Shown here piece after piece: positions 23,168 through 35,070 of a stretch of DNA of 64,000 bases. The position numbers were made by a program, and so were the translations under genes. The number at the start of each line of letters is the position of its first letter. Position 1 is the first letter of the stretch. Under the pieces are notes generated by a model, which searched no databases, had not been told where the DNA came from, and saw only the letters and a list, made by a program, of their open reading frames with translations. This DNA is from Podarcis bocagei (taxonomy: Eukaryota): the NCBI GenBank assembly GCA_964188305.1, contig OZ076897.1; one strand, 5' to 3'.

Positions 23168-25422
23168 TTTTTATTTTTTTTAAATCATATTTATTAGAGT
23201 TTCCAATAAAAACAGAAAAGAGATATAACAGAAAAGAAAAGATAGAAAAGATAGAAAAAAGAATTTAAATCCTTACTTTCATAACCTTCTTTCTAGGACT
23301 CCCTCCTCCCCCTCCCGACTATATTCCCCTTTCATTAATTTAGTTCCACAAGCTCTCATTCCCAATTTAAAACTTGATATGTTTAACCCATTGTCAGGGA
23401 ACTGCCATCGGAGGAACAGGTGGTGGAAGGGCTCACGGAGGCTGGGAGAGACTCAGCAGGGGAAGCAGGAACCAGCAGGGGGAGAGGTGGGTCTCTGGTG
23501 GAAGGGCTCACGGAGGCTGGTAGAGACTCAGCAGCTGAAGCAGGAACCAGCAGGGGAAGAGGTGGATCTCTGAGGGAAAGCGAGCAAGAGGGAGGGCTCA
23601 GGGACACGTCCAGCGAGAACAGTGGGGAGGTATCTGAAGCTCCCATAGGGAGACCCACTCCTCGCCGGAAACTGTCACGCCGCGAGTCCAGAAGACGTGT
23701 TTCTGTTAAGGAGCTTTTATGCTGGAAACGATTCCGAAAGCAACCACTGTCGGAATCTGCAAGTGACTAGAGCAGCCATGTCTGAGGGGCTCCGTCACAG
23801 ACAGAGGTTTGTGGACTTGCACAAACTCTGAGGGACTACGATTTTACGCACAAGCAGCTCATCATCCCATCACACCCATTAACCAATTTAAATTTATACA
23901 ATCTTACCATCCATCTTTAACAGAAAAAGAAAAAAGATTTCCCCCCCAAGATCTACCCCAATTTCCTTCCACGAATTCCCTCTTCTTTTTTTTAAACATG
24001 TTAGATCAAAATACCATGGTATACAAAAGTTATATAAAGAAATAGAAGATAAAAAATATAAGAAGATTCAAAAAGTTGGTTACATAGCCTTTGGATTCCA
24101 AAACTCCCCCTCCCTTCCCCGGTTTGAGTTCCCCATGTCCATCAGTCTATATGTTATCAGCCTGGAGGTCTCAAGTCCATAGCCAAATTTTTCCCATTCC
24201 ACCTTGCCGGTTTTCTTTTAATTTGTTTATTTTAATGATGTTTAACTTCAAAAATCCAGTCAAATAGAGGCCTTTAGTTTCCTTGGTCTTTGTTGCTCCT
24301 CCCATTGTTCTTTCCGTGTCGTAGTTGGTCCTTTGTTCTTTTTATTCCTTACTTTCTCAGGTTTCTTGTCTTGTTCAGCTGCTAAAACGTTCTTATTCCG
24401 AGATCTGGTATCTCTACAGAGGTTTGTTATTCAGGAACAAAAACTTACGTCCAGTCCCTTCCTTTCTTCAATAGAGAATTCTATTGTCTCCTTTTAATGT
24501 AAACACCTCTGTAGACAAAATACTATTTCAGTTTTGCAGCTTTCCCAGAGAATAAGTCCTGTGCTCAGCCCAGAGTAATTTTCCACATACGATCACTTGT
24601 AATGTCCCGAAACCCCTCTAGGGGGATTGCAGTAACTTTGTATCCTCTAATCCAAAAGTCAAGTTGTTGTTTCTTTCCCCCCCCCCCGACGTTTTATATC
24701 CATATAATGTCAATTTGTAACAGAATTAGCCAGCAAAATACTTGTAACAAAGTCCTCTTTATATTCTCAAGCTTTGACAGCTACTTTGACAGCTGTCAAA
24801 GTCTCCATCTCTCTTCGCCAGGCTCTGCGAATTGCCCCGGTTCCCAGGGGGGGTTGCCTTTTCCCTCTCACCCTCCACTCTTCTCCTCCAGCACAATTCT
24901 TGTAATTTCCCATCGTGGAATTAATAATTTTTATCAGCAGTAAACTTCTGAATCGATCTTGGTTACCCAGTCCTTGTTTTAGAATGTTTACAATCAGGGG
25001 GGGACTGACTTCCTTTTTAGATCACCCCCGCTCGTGCCGAATCCGAAAAAAAATTCTTTTTTTCTCCTTTTGTACCCGGTTTCCCAATTACTCACGGGTT
25101 GTTGTTAATAGTCCGAATTTCCAATGGAAGAAGCCAGCGCTCTCCGTTGAATGGCATGCGGCTGCGCTCAGCAGGGGAAGCAGGAGACTCAAAGCACCAC
25201 GCCATTCCCCGGCACCCGATCGGAAGCCTTTAAAAAGGCTCCTTCACGAGTCGGGAGGGCGCTAGCGGTGCCAGCCGAGTCACCATGTCCACGGGCTCCG
25301 TGCCCGTGGTTTTTAAGGGTCCCCGCGTCGCCGGCGCGGTAGGACCCAGCCCCTGCCGAGCAGACTCCCTCCAGAGCTCGGAGGGAGTCCACCATTCGGC
25401 GATGGCGCCAACCCGGAAGTCC
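23168..25422 (-). mobile_element. L1-derived non-autonomous retroelement (CpG-rich 5' UTR, degraded interior, A-rich tail, no ORF2)
   Basis: 17-bp TSD GGTGGCACCTTGTTTTA (23151-23167, 25423-25439). The minus-strand 5' end is GGACTTCCGG and there is a T-rich tract at 23168. Interrupted by the solo LTR at 23392-23874. Confidence 0.75.
23392..23874 (+). mobile_element. Solo LTR (family A) with an open reading frame from base 2 to a stop at 23770
   Basis: TGTCAGGGAACTG...CCCATCACA ends with a perfect 5-bp TSD CCCAT (23387-91, 23875-79). The frame VRELPSEEQ...LLCWKRFRKQPLSESASD* has no stops and contains an in-frame 75-bp tandem duplication. Confidence 0.87.
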
Positions 25423-27917
25423 GGTGGCACCTTGTTTTAAGACAAGCAGGTCTAGTCCTAGTCAAGCTCCTGAATGGGACACCAGTGGGAGCCCCAAGTA
25501 AGAACAGTATGTGAATATTTTTTAAAAGTTCAACAGTCTGATATTCTGTCTTTCTGAACACATTATATTCTTTCAAGAACCTTGTGAGGCATGTTACATG
25601 GTGAGAGCTGGTGCCTTAGAAAGCCCTTTTATGCCATGTTAGACAATTTGTCTAACTGACCTAGTGTTGTCTTCTCTGAGTAGCAGTGGCATTCCTGGGT
25701 TTGGAGGAGAGGTCTTTCACATCACCTACTGGATCCTTTTAACTGCTTCATGGCTGAGTGGGCATTTGAACCAAAGTCCCAGTCCAGTCCACCACTCCAC
25801 CCGAGCAGCACAACTGACTTTCATGCCAGCAACAGAATAAATTAAAATATTGTATCAAAAGACAAGGCTCATGTATGTGGTGGCACCTACCCTTCATTGT
25901 TGTTGTTTTTTTAAAAAATCCCTGCATATTGAAATTCGACTCTTTTTAAATTAACATTTTAATTACTGTTTATGTGTCTTGATTTCATAATGTGTGGCTA
26001 TAAGATAAGTGTGGTTAATAAGTGTGGTTAATGTGTGGTTAATAAGATGAAAAATTGTGAAAGAATGGAAGTCCACTCATGGTGATGTTTCCCTGAAAAG
26101 TTTGTTCAAAAATACATTGAGTTTGATTTGTATGCCCACAGTTAATTTGCATTAAGTATGTAGAGAATTCCAAAAATGCAGCATTCAGAGCGGAAGATGA
26201 AAAGATTAGTAATAGTGAATGCAATGCATTGCTGTGCAACTCCTGTCCACAGCCCTGTATTCATAAGGAAGCCCTTTCAAGGATTACACTGACACAGATT
26301 TTTCAAGTAATTACTCTCATGGGATGGAAGACTTCAGCTAGCTCAAAAAGCATTTGCTCTTGAAATTCATTCCTGTGGATTTGTTTTTCAGACATGTGGC
26401 TGCTCAAGTTGTAAGATCAGTTCAATATTTTGGTTACACTCTAAGAAATAGACTTTGATGCCAGTCAGGGGCTTCATTTTCTTTTTATAGTATAATAGAT
26501 TACATTTCAAAAGGTGCGGTAGTACGGCCGTAAAAAAACCAAAAACAAACCCTCAGCTCACCCTGTTTCTTCCACCTAAAAATCAAAATCAAAATTGCTC
26601 TTTACATAGTAATGCACTCGCACAAAGAAATATTAATGATAGTCCAGAAAGATTAATAGTCCAAAGAAATATTAATGATAGTCCATTAATTAACGATTAA
26701 TGATACTGTTGAACTACCGCATGAACATCAGTTGTCTTTTCACTTCTATTTTTTTCCTTGTCCAGTTCAAGAACATATTTTGCTGTTGTTTACACAAATG
26801 CAGACACAAAGCAAAGACACCATTAAATACCTCAGAGTCTTTTAAGGCGTGAATCTCCCATTGACACCAGAAGAATTTGTGCATATTTATACTTCACAGT
26901 AATGTACTCCACACTATTTATCTTCTCTTGTTTCATGTACGGTACACCAAATTCCATGTGGAATCTGAAATCTGGCCTATGCAGGCATTTCAGCTGTACC
27001 AAAACATATTTATTTCATATACATATGTACCACCTAATACTTCAGATGCTCTGTATTATATTATGATCCCTATGTTGCCAGCAATCTTCTATTGAGTTAA
27101 TCTAGCATGAGTAACATGCCAAGAACTCCAGGGGATAACGGTATGTAGATTTGTATTGGCTTGAGCTGAAGGCCCATCTTTAGCTTGGATTGCTGTATAG
27201 CTTTGGGCAAGCCTCTCTTGTAGCCTCTGTTCCTCGTATGTCAGATGGGAGAATTAAACACCTCCCTCACAGAGTTTTTATAAGGATGAACTAGAGAAGG
27301 ACTGTAAATTATCAAGCCCATCCAAAGAACTATAGTAGTAATGTGGAGACCCATGGAATTTTACAGACATTTGGTAGACCAAAGGCATTGGAGAACCATG
27401 CTCATGCTTCACTGGGAGTGGATTTCCATCCTGTCTTGGGTGAATGGAAGCATCCAGACATCACTTTCAGAATCAAGGTAAAATCTGTGCTAGCATACAT
27501 TCATCAGGAGTTCAGTGAAATGATCCAAAGTATAGAATAAGGGAAAACGCAAGGGAGAATGGGAGCTGAAAGCAAGGAATACAGGTGGGTACGGAAGTCC
27601 TGATTTGTAGGCAATAGATCCCTAACATCTTGGTGTTTATATATGACTCCTAGCAGATTTAGAGATTACTTTGGGAACTAGTCACAGCTTGGGAAATAAC
27701 TGACAGAAAGTGGAGAGGTTTCCTACTTCCTAAAGCTGTGAATCACATTTGGATGACTTCTGTACCTAACCTAGGATTTTTTTAAAATCCTGAAAGCCAA
27801 CAGACCCAGATTTCTAATGCCAGGAACACTTGCACTTCAGAAAGAATTTTAGAAATCTCGTGTGAGCCATGGAAGAATAACAAGAATGGAATAAACAAAG
27901 AACAGTACTTAAATACC

Positions 27918-27966
<49 letters not shown>

Positions 27967-28060
27967 TTATTACTTATACTCCACCACTCTGGCTGGGTTT
28001 CCCCAGCCACTCTGGGCAGCTTCCAACAAGAGATTAAAAAAACATCAATCATTAAAACCT
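27918..28060 (-). repeat. (TAA)n microsatellite forming the tail of an L2 3' fragment
   Basis: About 16 TAA units followed by CTGGCTGGGTTTCCCCAGCCACTCTGGGCAGCTTCC, as in the L2 copy at 33805. Confidence 0.8.
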
Positions 28061-28299
28061 CAGCATGCAGCAATCAGTGTGGCTAGTACAGAGCTAGCAC
28101 ATGCTCTGGTTGCATTGCCCCCACCAAAAACATTATGCATCAGTTGAAGCATCTGAACCGTCTTCAAAGACGGTTGAACATTGAAAATGTTACCATAGTC
28201 TGATCTAGATCTTAGTTGGGCATGCATTGCTGAGACAAGCTCCAGTTGTCCTGTATAGTATTGTAGCAGGCGTATTAGTCATTTTGTAAAAAGAATACC

Positions 28300-28921
28300 T
28301 TGTTGTTGTTTAGTCGTTTAGTCATGTCCGACTCTTCATGACCCCATGAACCAGAGCATACCAGGCACTCCTGTCTTCCAATGCCTCCTGCAGTTTGGTC
28401 AAACTCATTTTAGTAGCTTTGAGAACACTGTCCAACCATCTCGTCCTCTGTCGTCCCCTTCTCCTTGTGCCCTCCATCTTTCCCAACATCAGGGTCTTTT
28501 CCAGGGAGTCTTCTCTTCTCATGAGGTGGCCAAAATATTGGAGTCTCAGCTTCAGGATCTGTCCTTCCAGTGAGCACTCAGGGCTGATTTCCTTAAGAAT
28601 GGATACGTTTGATCTTCTTGCAGTCCATGGGACTCTCAAGAGTCTCCTCCAGCACCATAATTCAAAAGCATCAATTCTTTGGTGATCAGCCTTCTTGATG
28701 GTCCAGCTCTCACTTCCATACATCACTACTGGGAAAACCATGGCTTTAACTATACAGACCTTTGTCGGCAAGGTGATGTCTCTGCTTTTTAAGATGCTGT
28801 CTAGGTTTGTCATTGCTTTTCTCCCAAGAAGCAGGCGTCTTTTAATTTCATGACTGCTGTCACTATCTGCAGTGATCATGGAGCCCAAGAAAGTAAAATC
28901 TCTCACTTCCTCCATTTCTTC
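28300..28921 (-). mobile_element. BovB (RTE clade) LINE, 5'-truncated
   Basis: ORF FTFLGSMITADSDSSHEIKRRLLLGRKAMTNLDSILKSRDITLPTKV...RRRGRQRTRWLD is the recognisable BovB C-terminus; (CAA)n tail. Confidence 0.95.
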
Positions 28922-29077
28922 TACCTGTGCTGCTGCAAATTGCTGAGTTCAGGAGGATCCACAAGCTATGAACTTAGTCCTCTAAGGGGAGTGCAAGCCC
29001 ATACCTTAGCCACAGCAATTCTACAGCAGGTCCCAAATGCACTCCTTTCTCTCCTGTTTCAGTGGAGTGATTTTCTG

Positions 29078-29515
29078 TTGGTTGGTATCAGCCTGTCTCA
29101 GGAGACAATCTTCAGGGATGAAGTCAAATGGTTATAGAGAGTTGCAGTGCTTGCTGTGCCTGTAGAGACCAATGTGGGAGGGACACGTTTTGGTGGAGTG
29201 GGGGCAGATGAAGGAACCCGGTTTTGCTGCTACAGGTGCACCATGGCTTTTCCTCTTTCTGTGCTCCTCCCAGCAGTCATTCCTTCTCTGGTCACTGCTG
29301 TGGATACATGACCCTGACTGATTGTCTCCAGGCGCCGTGGTTATCTGCAAGGGATTCCCAGAAGGCAGGGTTGATGGTGCCAGCGTTCATGTCAAATATA
29401 TTTGTAACACAGAGTTGGTCTACCAGCATGCCTGTTGCTGGAAGCCAGCTCCCTATAAAGCACGTCCTTTGGGATCCTGCCGTCTGGCCAAACTAGGTCA
29501 CCACATTCTCCTCCT
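29078..29515 (-). mobile_element. RTE-clade LINE 3' fragment (non-BovB, degraded)
   Basis: Peptides PDGRIPKDVLYREL...GRPTL and FICPHSTKTCPSHIGLYRHSKHC (degenerate C-terminal C2H2-like finger of RTE elements). Confidence 0.75.
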
Positions 29516-30329
29516 GTAGCACCAGTGGAACTTATTTGGGCCCTTGGCACCACCTGCCTGTGGCAATTTCTCAATCTAGCCTGGAGCTTTCTTGTGCATA
29601 TCACTGGCTGAGAAAGTGGCACACATGATTTCAAGCAGAATGTATGTGGCCCCCTGTGAAGTTTACATTGCAAGAATTACATTGTACAACAGAATTTTCA
29701 GAGGAAGCATTACAATTAGAGACTTCATGTTGCTTGAACTCACTATCATTGGAAGGCTGCTAGAGTTAACGTTTCACAGGTGGGGGTATAATTGAACCCT
29801 TTGGTGAGAGTAATGGGAGATTTTCAAACAAGTTATTGTACTACTGTGCTACTGTTTGGTGTTTTCCAAAGTTAATAAAATTGTGTCCCCTCTCCAAGCA
29901 TACTAACTCTTCCATGCCTTTTCCTAGAAATTGTTGTGGGTACACCTGCCCATCTCCTACATCTTCTTCACCTGCCAACTCATTAACCAGGTGTGTGCAT
30001 CATTAATCCTCAGGCTCTTACACATCCCAGTCCCCACACCATTTAATCTCCCACCTGAAATCACTGGGGCTACCACATTTGAGCCAGGCCCAGCATTAGC
30101 CCCAGTAACCCCAGGTCAGGTAGCTGCCAAGGCTCCATTGCCACAGGAGTGGACCTCAGCATGCACACCTGAGCCAGCCTCTCTGCTGCAAGCCAACAAG
30201 CCAAGTAAAATGCTTCACCCCACCACCCCCACTCCACCCCAAATCTTGCTGGTATCATAAATGCATCTCTTCTAAGAGAGGTGTTATTTGGTTGTTGCTA
30301 TTTTGGTTATATAGTGGTTTTTATGTTGA

Positions 30330-30374
30330 TCTTTTCTGTGAACTGCCCTGAGACCTCCAGGTATAGGGCGGTAT

Positions 30375-30424
<50 letters not shown>
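30330..30424 (+). repeat. L2-type 3' tail with (TAA)n microsatellite
   Basis: TGTGAACTGCCCTGAGACCTCCAGGTATAGGGCGGTATA followed by about 16 TAA units. Confidence 0.7.
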
Positions 30425-32029
30425 GTGATATAAATTGTTCAGAAGGTTTGTTCCATCTTTCTGGTCCTTTTTTTACATTTTGAAAGCTTATGCAATAATT
30501 ACAGTCTTTTAAAGAAAGAAAAGGTAGTATTAAGGAAGAGCCCTTGAAAGTGATGTGGAAAAACTCTTTTGCTGCTGCAACTGTCATAGTAAATATATGT
30601 TGTAAAAAATCCACAGTCAACCAGAAACCAGATGCTGTCTCAGAGAGTTAACTACTTTGAAAAATAACACTTCAAGATAGGGAGGAAGAGGGGCGAAGGA
30701 ACCAGCATCTGCTGACGTTAAAAGTTTCAGCAGCAGAGGGGCTGGGAGAGCAGTTGTCAAATTTGACAAGTTCATATAGCTCTTGGTTTGAGGAGGTGTG
30801 CAGTGTTTCCTTACGTTTTGTGCCTTATGCCAGTTGGCCAGGCCAGCCCAGCCATGAGGCAAGGTGAAGAACCACTTAAGGTGCAGGGTCCACATGGGCA
30901 GCAGATTCCAATGTAGATCTTTGTTCTGGGCTGACCCACCCATGAAGCAAGGTAAGGCGACCGCCTCAGGCAGGACCAGATTAAAGCAGCCAGAAGCCCT
31001 GGGCTGGAAGACCTTGGGAAGCCCAAACTGAATAGCCTTTGATCATGAGAAACAAAAAAATCATTCTCTTCTTTATCTACTCATTGAAAGTAGAGCATTG
31101 CTGAAACGTTAGCATTGATAAAAAGATTGTTTATTAATTTATAACCTTTAATAAGTTTATAGAAGTAGGGAAATAATTAAGACATTCACACGGAACATTC
31201 ACAGAGGAATCATAGCTATGTTATAACATTATACTATATAAGAAGTCAGAACAGTTTCTTTCAAGCAAACTTATCAATTATATCAATAAAATAAAATATC
31301 AATAAAATCACAGTTCATCATTTTCTATGCAGACAATGCTTAGATCAGGCAATTGGTCTTGGGACATTGTTGACCATCGATCATTCTTTATCCTCTAGTC
31401 TAGAAAATGATATTTCACCATTAATGTTACCATAAAACACAGGAAGAATCTGAAATTTGTTTCCACATTTGGAAAAGCTGTGTGAACTTTCTCCTGGAGT
31501 ATTATTTGATACATGTTTTGGTGGCTGAAATTTTATTTTTCAGGGTGAGCTTCTTTGATGTACAGGTGGAAGTGTAGATATTAAACAACATGGGGGATAG
31601 GATTGAGCCCTGCGAAACCATTGAAGGTTCCACGGGGCTGAAAAGCATTCCTCAAGTAACACCCTCAGATACATAACGTCCATGTTTACAAGTTGAAGAA
31701 AATGAAGTAGACCACACTGGGCAGTCTGCACAGACTGAAGAACAACTAGCTTACATACAAAACGCAACCTCCCAAGAACTTCAAGGAGAACTGTTGTCAG
31801 TAACTACCACTAGAAGTACAGAAATGTCTGGAGAAAGTGACAATGAAAACCAAAAAACCAAAGAATTAACACAAAGTGCTGAAGGAACATGTCACAAGAT
31901 AGCTACACCAAAAGAAGCAGTTCAAGCTCATTACTGTCCTAAAAGAATTTGAAAGCAAAGTGAATGATTTCAGCAGAAACTTCAGGTAGTGCAGAATTCA
32001 GCAGCCAGGTTTTGACCAATTGGTTTTGA

Positions 32030-32455
32030 CCAATAAAGCCTTAAAGGGCTCAGGACTGCAATGCCTCAAGGACCACCTCTTTCCATACGAACCTACCTGG
32101 GCCCTGAGATCATCATCTGAGGCCCTCCTTCGTCAGCCTCCTCCTCGAGAGGTCCGGAGGGTGGCAACGTGAGAACATGGCCTTCTCTGCAGTGGCTCCC
32201 CGTTTGTGGAGTGCTCTCCCCAGGGAAGTTAGCCTGGCGCCTTCATTACACACCTTTAGGCGCCAGGCAAAAATGTTCCTTTTTAACCAGGCTTTTGGTT
32301 GGTCTATTTGATATCCTATACCCTTTTAAAATGTGGCTCTTTTCGGGAGGCGGGCGTGTTATTGGGTTATTGTTTTTATTCTGTTTATATACATTGTGAT
32401 ATTTACTGTGAACCACCCTGAGGCCTCCAGGTATAGAGCAGTATATAAACTCAAA
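32030..32455 (+). mobile_element. Older L2 LINE 3' fragment
   Basis: KALKGLRT...LRSSSEALL...AFSAVAPRLW-like degraded frame, with the tail GTGAACCACCCTGAGGCCTCCAGGTATAGAGCAGTATATAAA. Confidence 0.7.
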
Positions 32456-32457
32456 TA

Positions 32458-33110
32458 CAGCGGTGCCTCGCAAGACGAAATTAATTCGTTCCGCAAGTTT
32501 TTTCTTCTTGCGAGTTTTTCGTCTTGCGAAGCATGGTTTCCCATAGGAATGCATTGAAAATCAATTAATGCGTTCCTATGGAAACCGCTTGCCAGGCTGG
32601 CGGTGCGGAGAAGGGCTTTTCTCCCCACCGCAAGCCTTCAGGACAGGTACGGGAACAGAGGGGAAGGGGCGCAGCGCTTCTCCTCTGTTCCCGGGGCTTG
32701 CGGTGGGAGGAGGGTTTTTCCTCCCCACCGCCAACATTCAGAACAGCATTCTGAATGTTGGCGGTGGGAAGGAAAACCCTCCTCCCACCGCAAGTCTTCA
32801 GGACAGCCATCCGAAGGCTGGCGCAGGGAGAAGGTCTCTCCGCCCCACCGCCAGCCTTCGGAGGAGCCTTCTGAAGCCTGGCGGCGGGAGGAGGTCTCTC
32901 CGCCCCACCACCAGGCTTCGGAGGAGGTCCGAGGACAGTGGGGAAGACGCACTGCGCTTCCCCGCTGTCCCGGAGATTTCCCTATGGGCTTTCGTCTTGC
33001 GAAGGAAGCCCATAGGGAAATTCGTTTTGCGAAGCGCCTCCAAAACGGAAAACCCTTTCGTCTAGCGGGTTTTCCGTCTTGCAAGGCGTTCGTCTTGCGG
33101 GGCACCACTG
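32458..33110. mobile_element. Tc1/pogo (Tigger-like) non-autonomous element, same termini as 20640-21569 in opposite orientation
   Basis: TA TSDs and TIRs CAGCGGTGCCTCGCAAGACGAA / TTCGTCTTGCGGGGCACCACTG. Confidence 0.9.
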
Positions 33111-33802
33111 TAACAACAACAACAACATAGGGCTGTTTCTGCCTGCTGTACAAAGCAATATGACATGGTTGCCTTTAAATTTTGTGTTCTTTTTTGTCAC
33201 TTTCATTTACTAGCACCACTTTCATATTGCTTACTCATTATTAGTTTCACAAAAAGTCAAAATTAAATATTATTGTGATTCACAATGATATAAAAGAATA
33301 CTCACTTGTTCTCAAAATGCACACTATAATGATAGACAGTAATCTGAACACTTATTGCTTCATACCTTAACTTTATAATTTGATTCTAAATAGCTTTAAA
33401 GCCTCCGCAAACTTTACTAAACAGTAATATGCACTTTTGTAACTGTTATACAGTCATAGGCTCATATGTCATGTGCTTAATGTTACTAAGCAACTGAGCC
33501 TAGGTAGTAAAATCTGCATGCTTTAAAAAAGAAAATTGCAAGAGGCCGAGGCCACTCTAGATTATGAGGACCTGGGCTACAATCTGCTCTGAATGTATGT
33601 ACTGGTCCTTCTGGAGTTGTAGAAACCCAGCTCCCATCAGCCCCGGGCAGCGTGGCCAACAGCCAGGCATGGTGAGGCCACATCCGAGAACCACAGATTC
33701 CCTGTGGCTGCCACAAAGCATCATCATCAAACAGCTCTGTGCCAAAAATTTTGACAAACAGTTGTTTTTCACTGATAAGCTTTACTACCTGTTTAGTCCT
33801 AG

Positions 33803-34172
33803 CAATAATAATAATAATAATAATAATTTATTATTTATACCCCGCCCATCTGGCTGGGTTTCCCCAGCCACTCTGGGCGGCTTCCAAAAGAATATTAAAA
33901 TACTATGGTACATCAAACATTAAAAGCTTCCCTAAACAGGGCTGCCTTCAGATGTCTTCTAAAAGTCTGGTAGTTGTTGTTCTCTTTGACATCTGGTGGG
34001 AGGGCATTCCACAGGGAGGGCGCCACTACCGAGAAGGCCCTCTGCCTGGTTCCCTGTAACTTGGCTTCTCGCAATGAGGGAACCGCCAGAAGGCCCTCGG
34101 TGCTGGACCTCAGTGTCCGGGTAGAACGATGGAGGTGGAGACGCTCCTTCAGGTATACTGGACCGAGGCCGT
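33803..34172 (-). mobile_element. L2 LINE 3' end
   Basis: Reverse complement of the 20468 family, with a (TAA)n tail and a ...RQRAFSVVAPSLWNALPPDVKE frame. Confidence 0.88.
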
Positions 34173-34419
34173 TGGTTGGTTGGTTGGTTGGCTGCTTTAA
34201 AATGTGCTCACAATTACCCTGCTGAGCATGAAAGCACTCGTGTACATGAATTATGCCTCAGTATTGACCTCCCAGGCTTTTGTGAGAGAGGAACAGGAGA
34301 ACGGTGCCAACATATAATATGGAGGTTTTTGGATTGGACTCCATGTCTAACAGCGGCTTGTAAAACACTTATTTATGTGGTCACTTGTGGTGAGCAGGAA
34401 TCAGTAAGAGCAGCTCAGC

Positions 34420-35070
34420 TGTCAGGAATGGGCCAGCTCCTAGTGGAACTTTACAGCCGGCTGCAGAACAAAGAGGTTTAGATTATTATTATTATTATTA
34501 TTTGACGCAGGCGGAACAGCGGCCAGTGCCCAGTGCGACTCCCTCGGACATTGAAATGCCGGTTGCCAAGAGAACAACTGAGAGCGGGCTGGAACACAGC
34601 CAAAGCTCTCAGGAAGCTCAAACAAGTGCAAACAGACACAGAGACAGTCTAGATCAGCGGTTCTCAACCTGTGGGTCCCCTGATGTTGTTGAACTACAAC
34701 TCCTATCACCCCTAGCTAGCAAGGCCAGAGCTCAGGGATGATGGAGTTGTAGTCCAACAACATCTGGGGACCCACGAGTTGAGAACCTCTGGTCTAGAGG
34801 AACAGGAAGAGGTTGGAGCTGATCCAATAAGTCCAAAGAGTTGGCAAATGGGAGGGCCGCTGGACAGGAAGCAAAACAAGAGATGTAAGGTGCGAAAGTT
34901 CAATATCTTCTGCAGGAACCGGAAGGCGTCTTCAGAAGGGTCATTTTGAATGATAATGTCGGCAGCTTTGTTAGAGCCGCCCAGAGCTATCTGTTTGTTT
35001 TTGCAATAAATCCTCCTTTTTAATTACCTATGCTTACTGTGTTATCAAGCCGGAACCTGGACTCCTGACA
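34420..35070 (+). mobile_element. Solo LTR (family C) with an open frame, interrupted by a hAT MITE
   Basis: 8-bp terminal inverted repeat TGTCAGGA...TCCTGACA and AATAAA at about 35005. The flanks TCAGC/TCGAC form an imperfect 5-bp TSD. Confidence 0.75.
34655..34791. mobile_element. hAT MITE nested in a solo LTR
   Basis: TIRs CAGCGGTTCTCAAC / GTTGAGAACCTCTG with an 8-bp TSD GTCTAGAT/GTCTAGAG. Confidence 0.88.
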
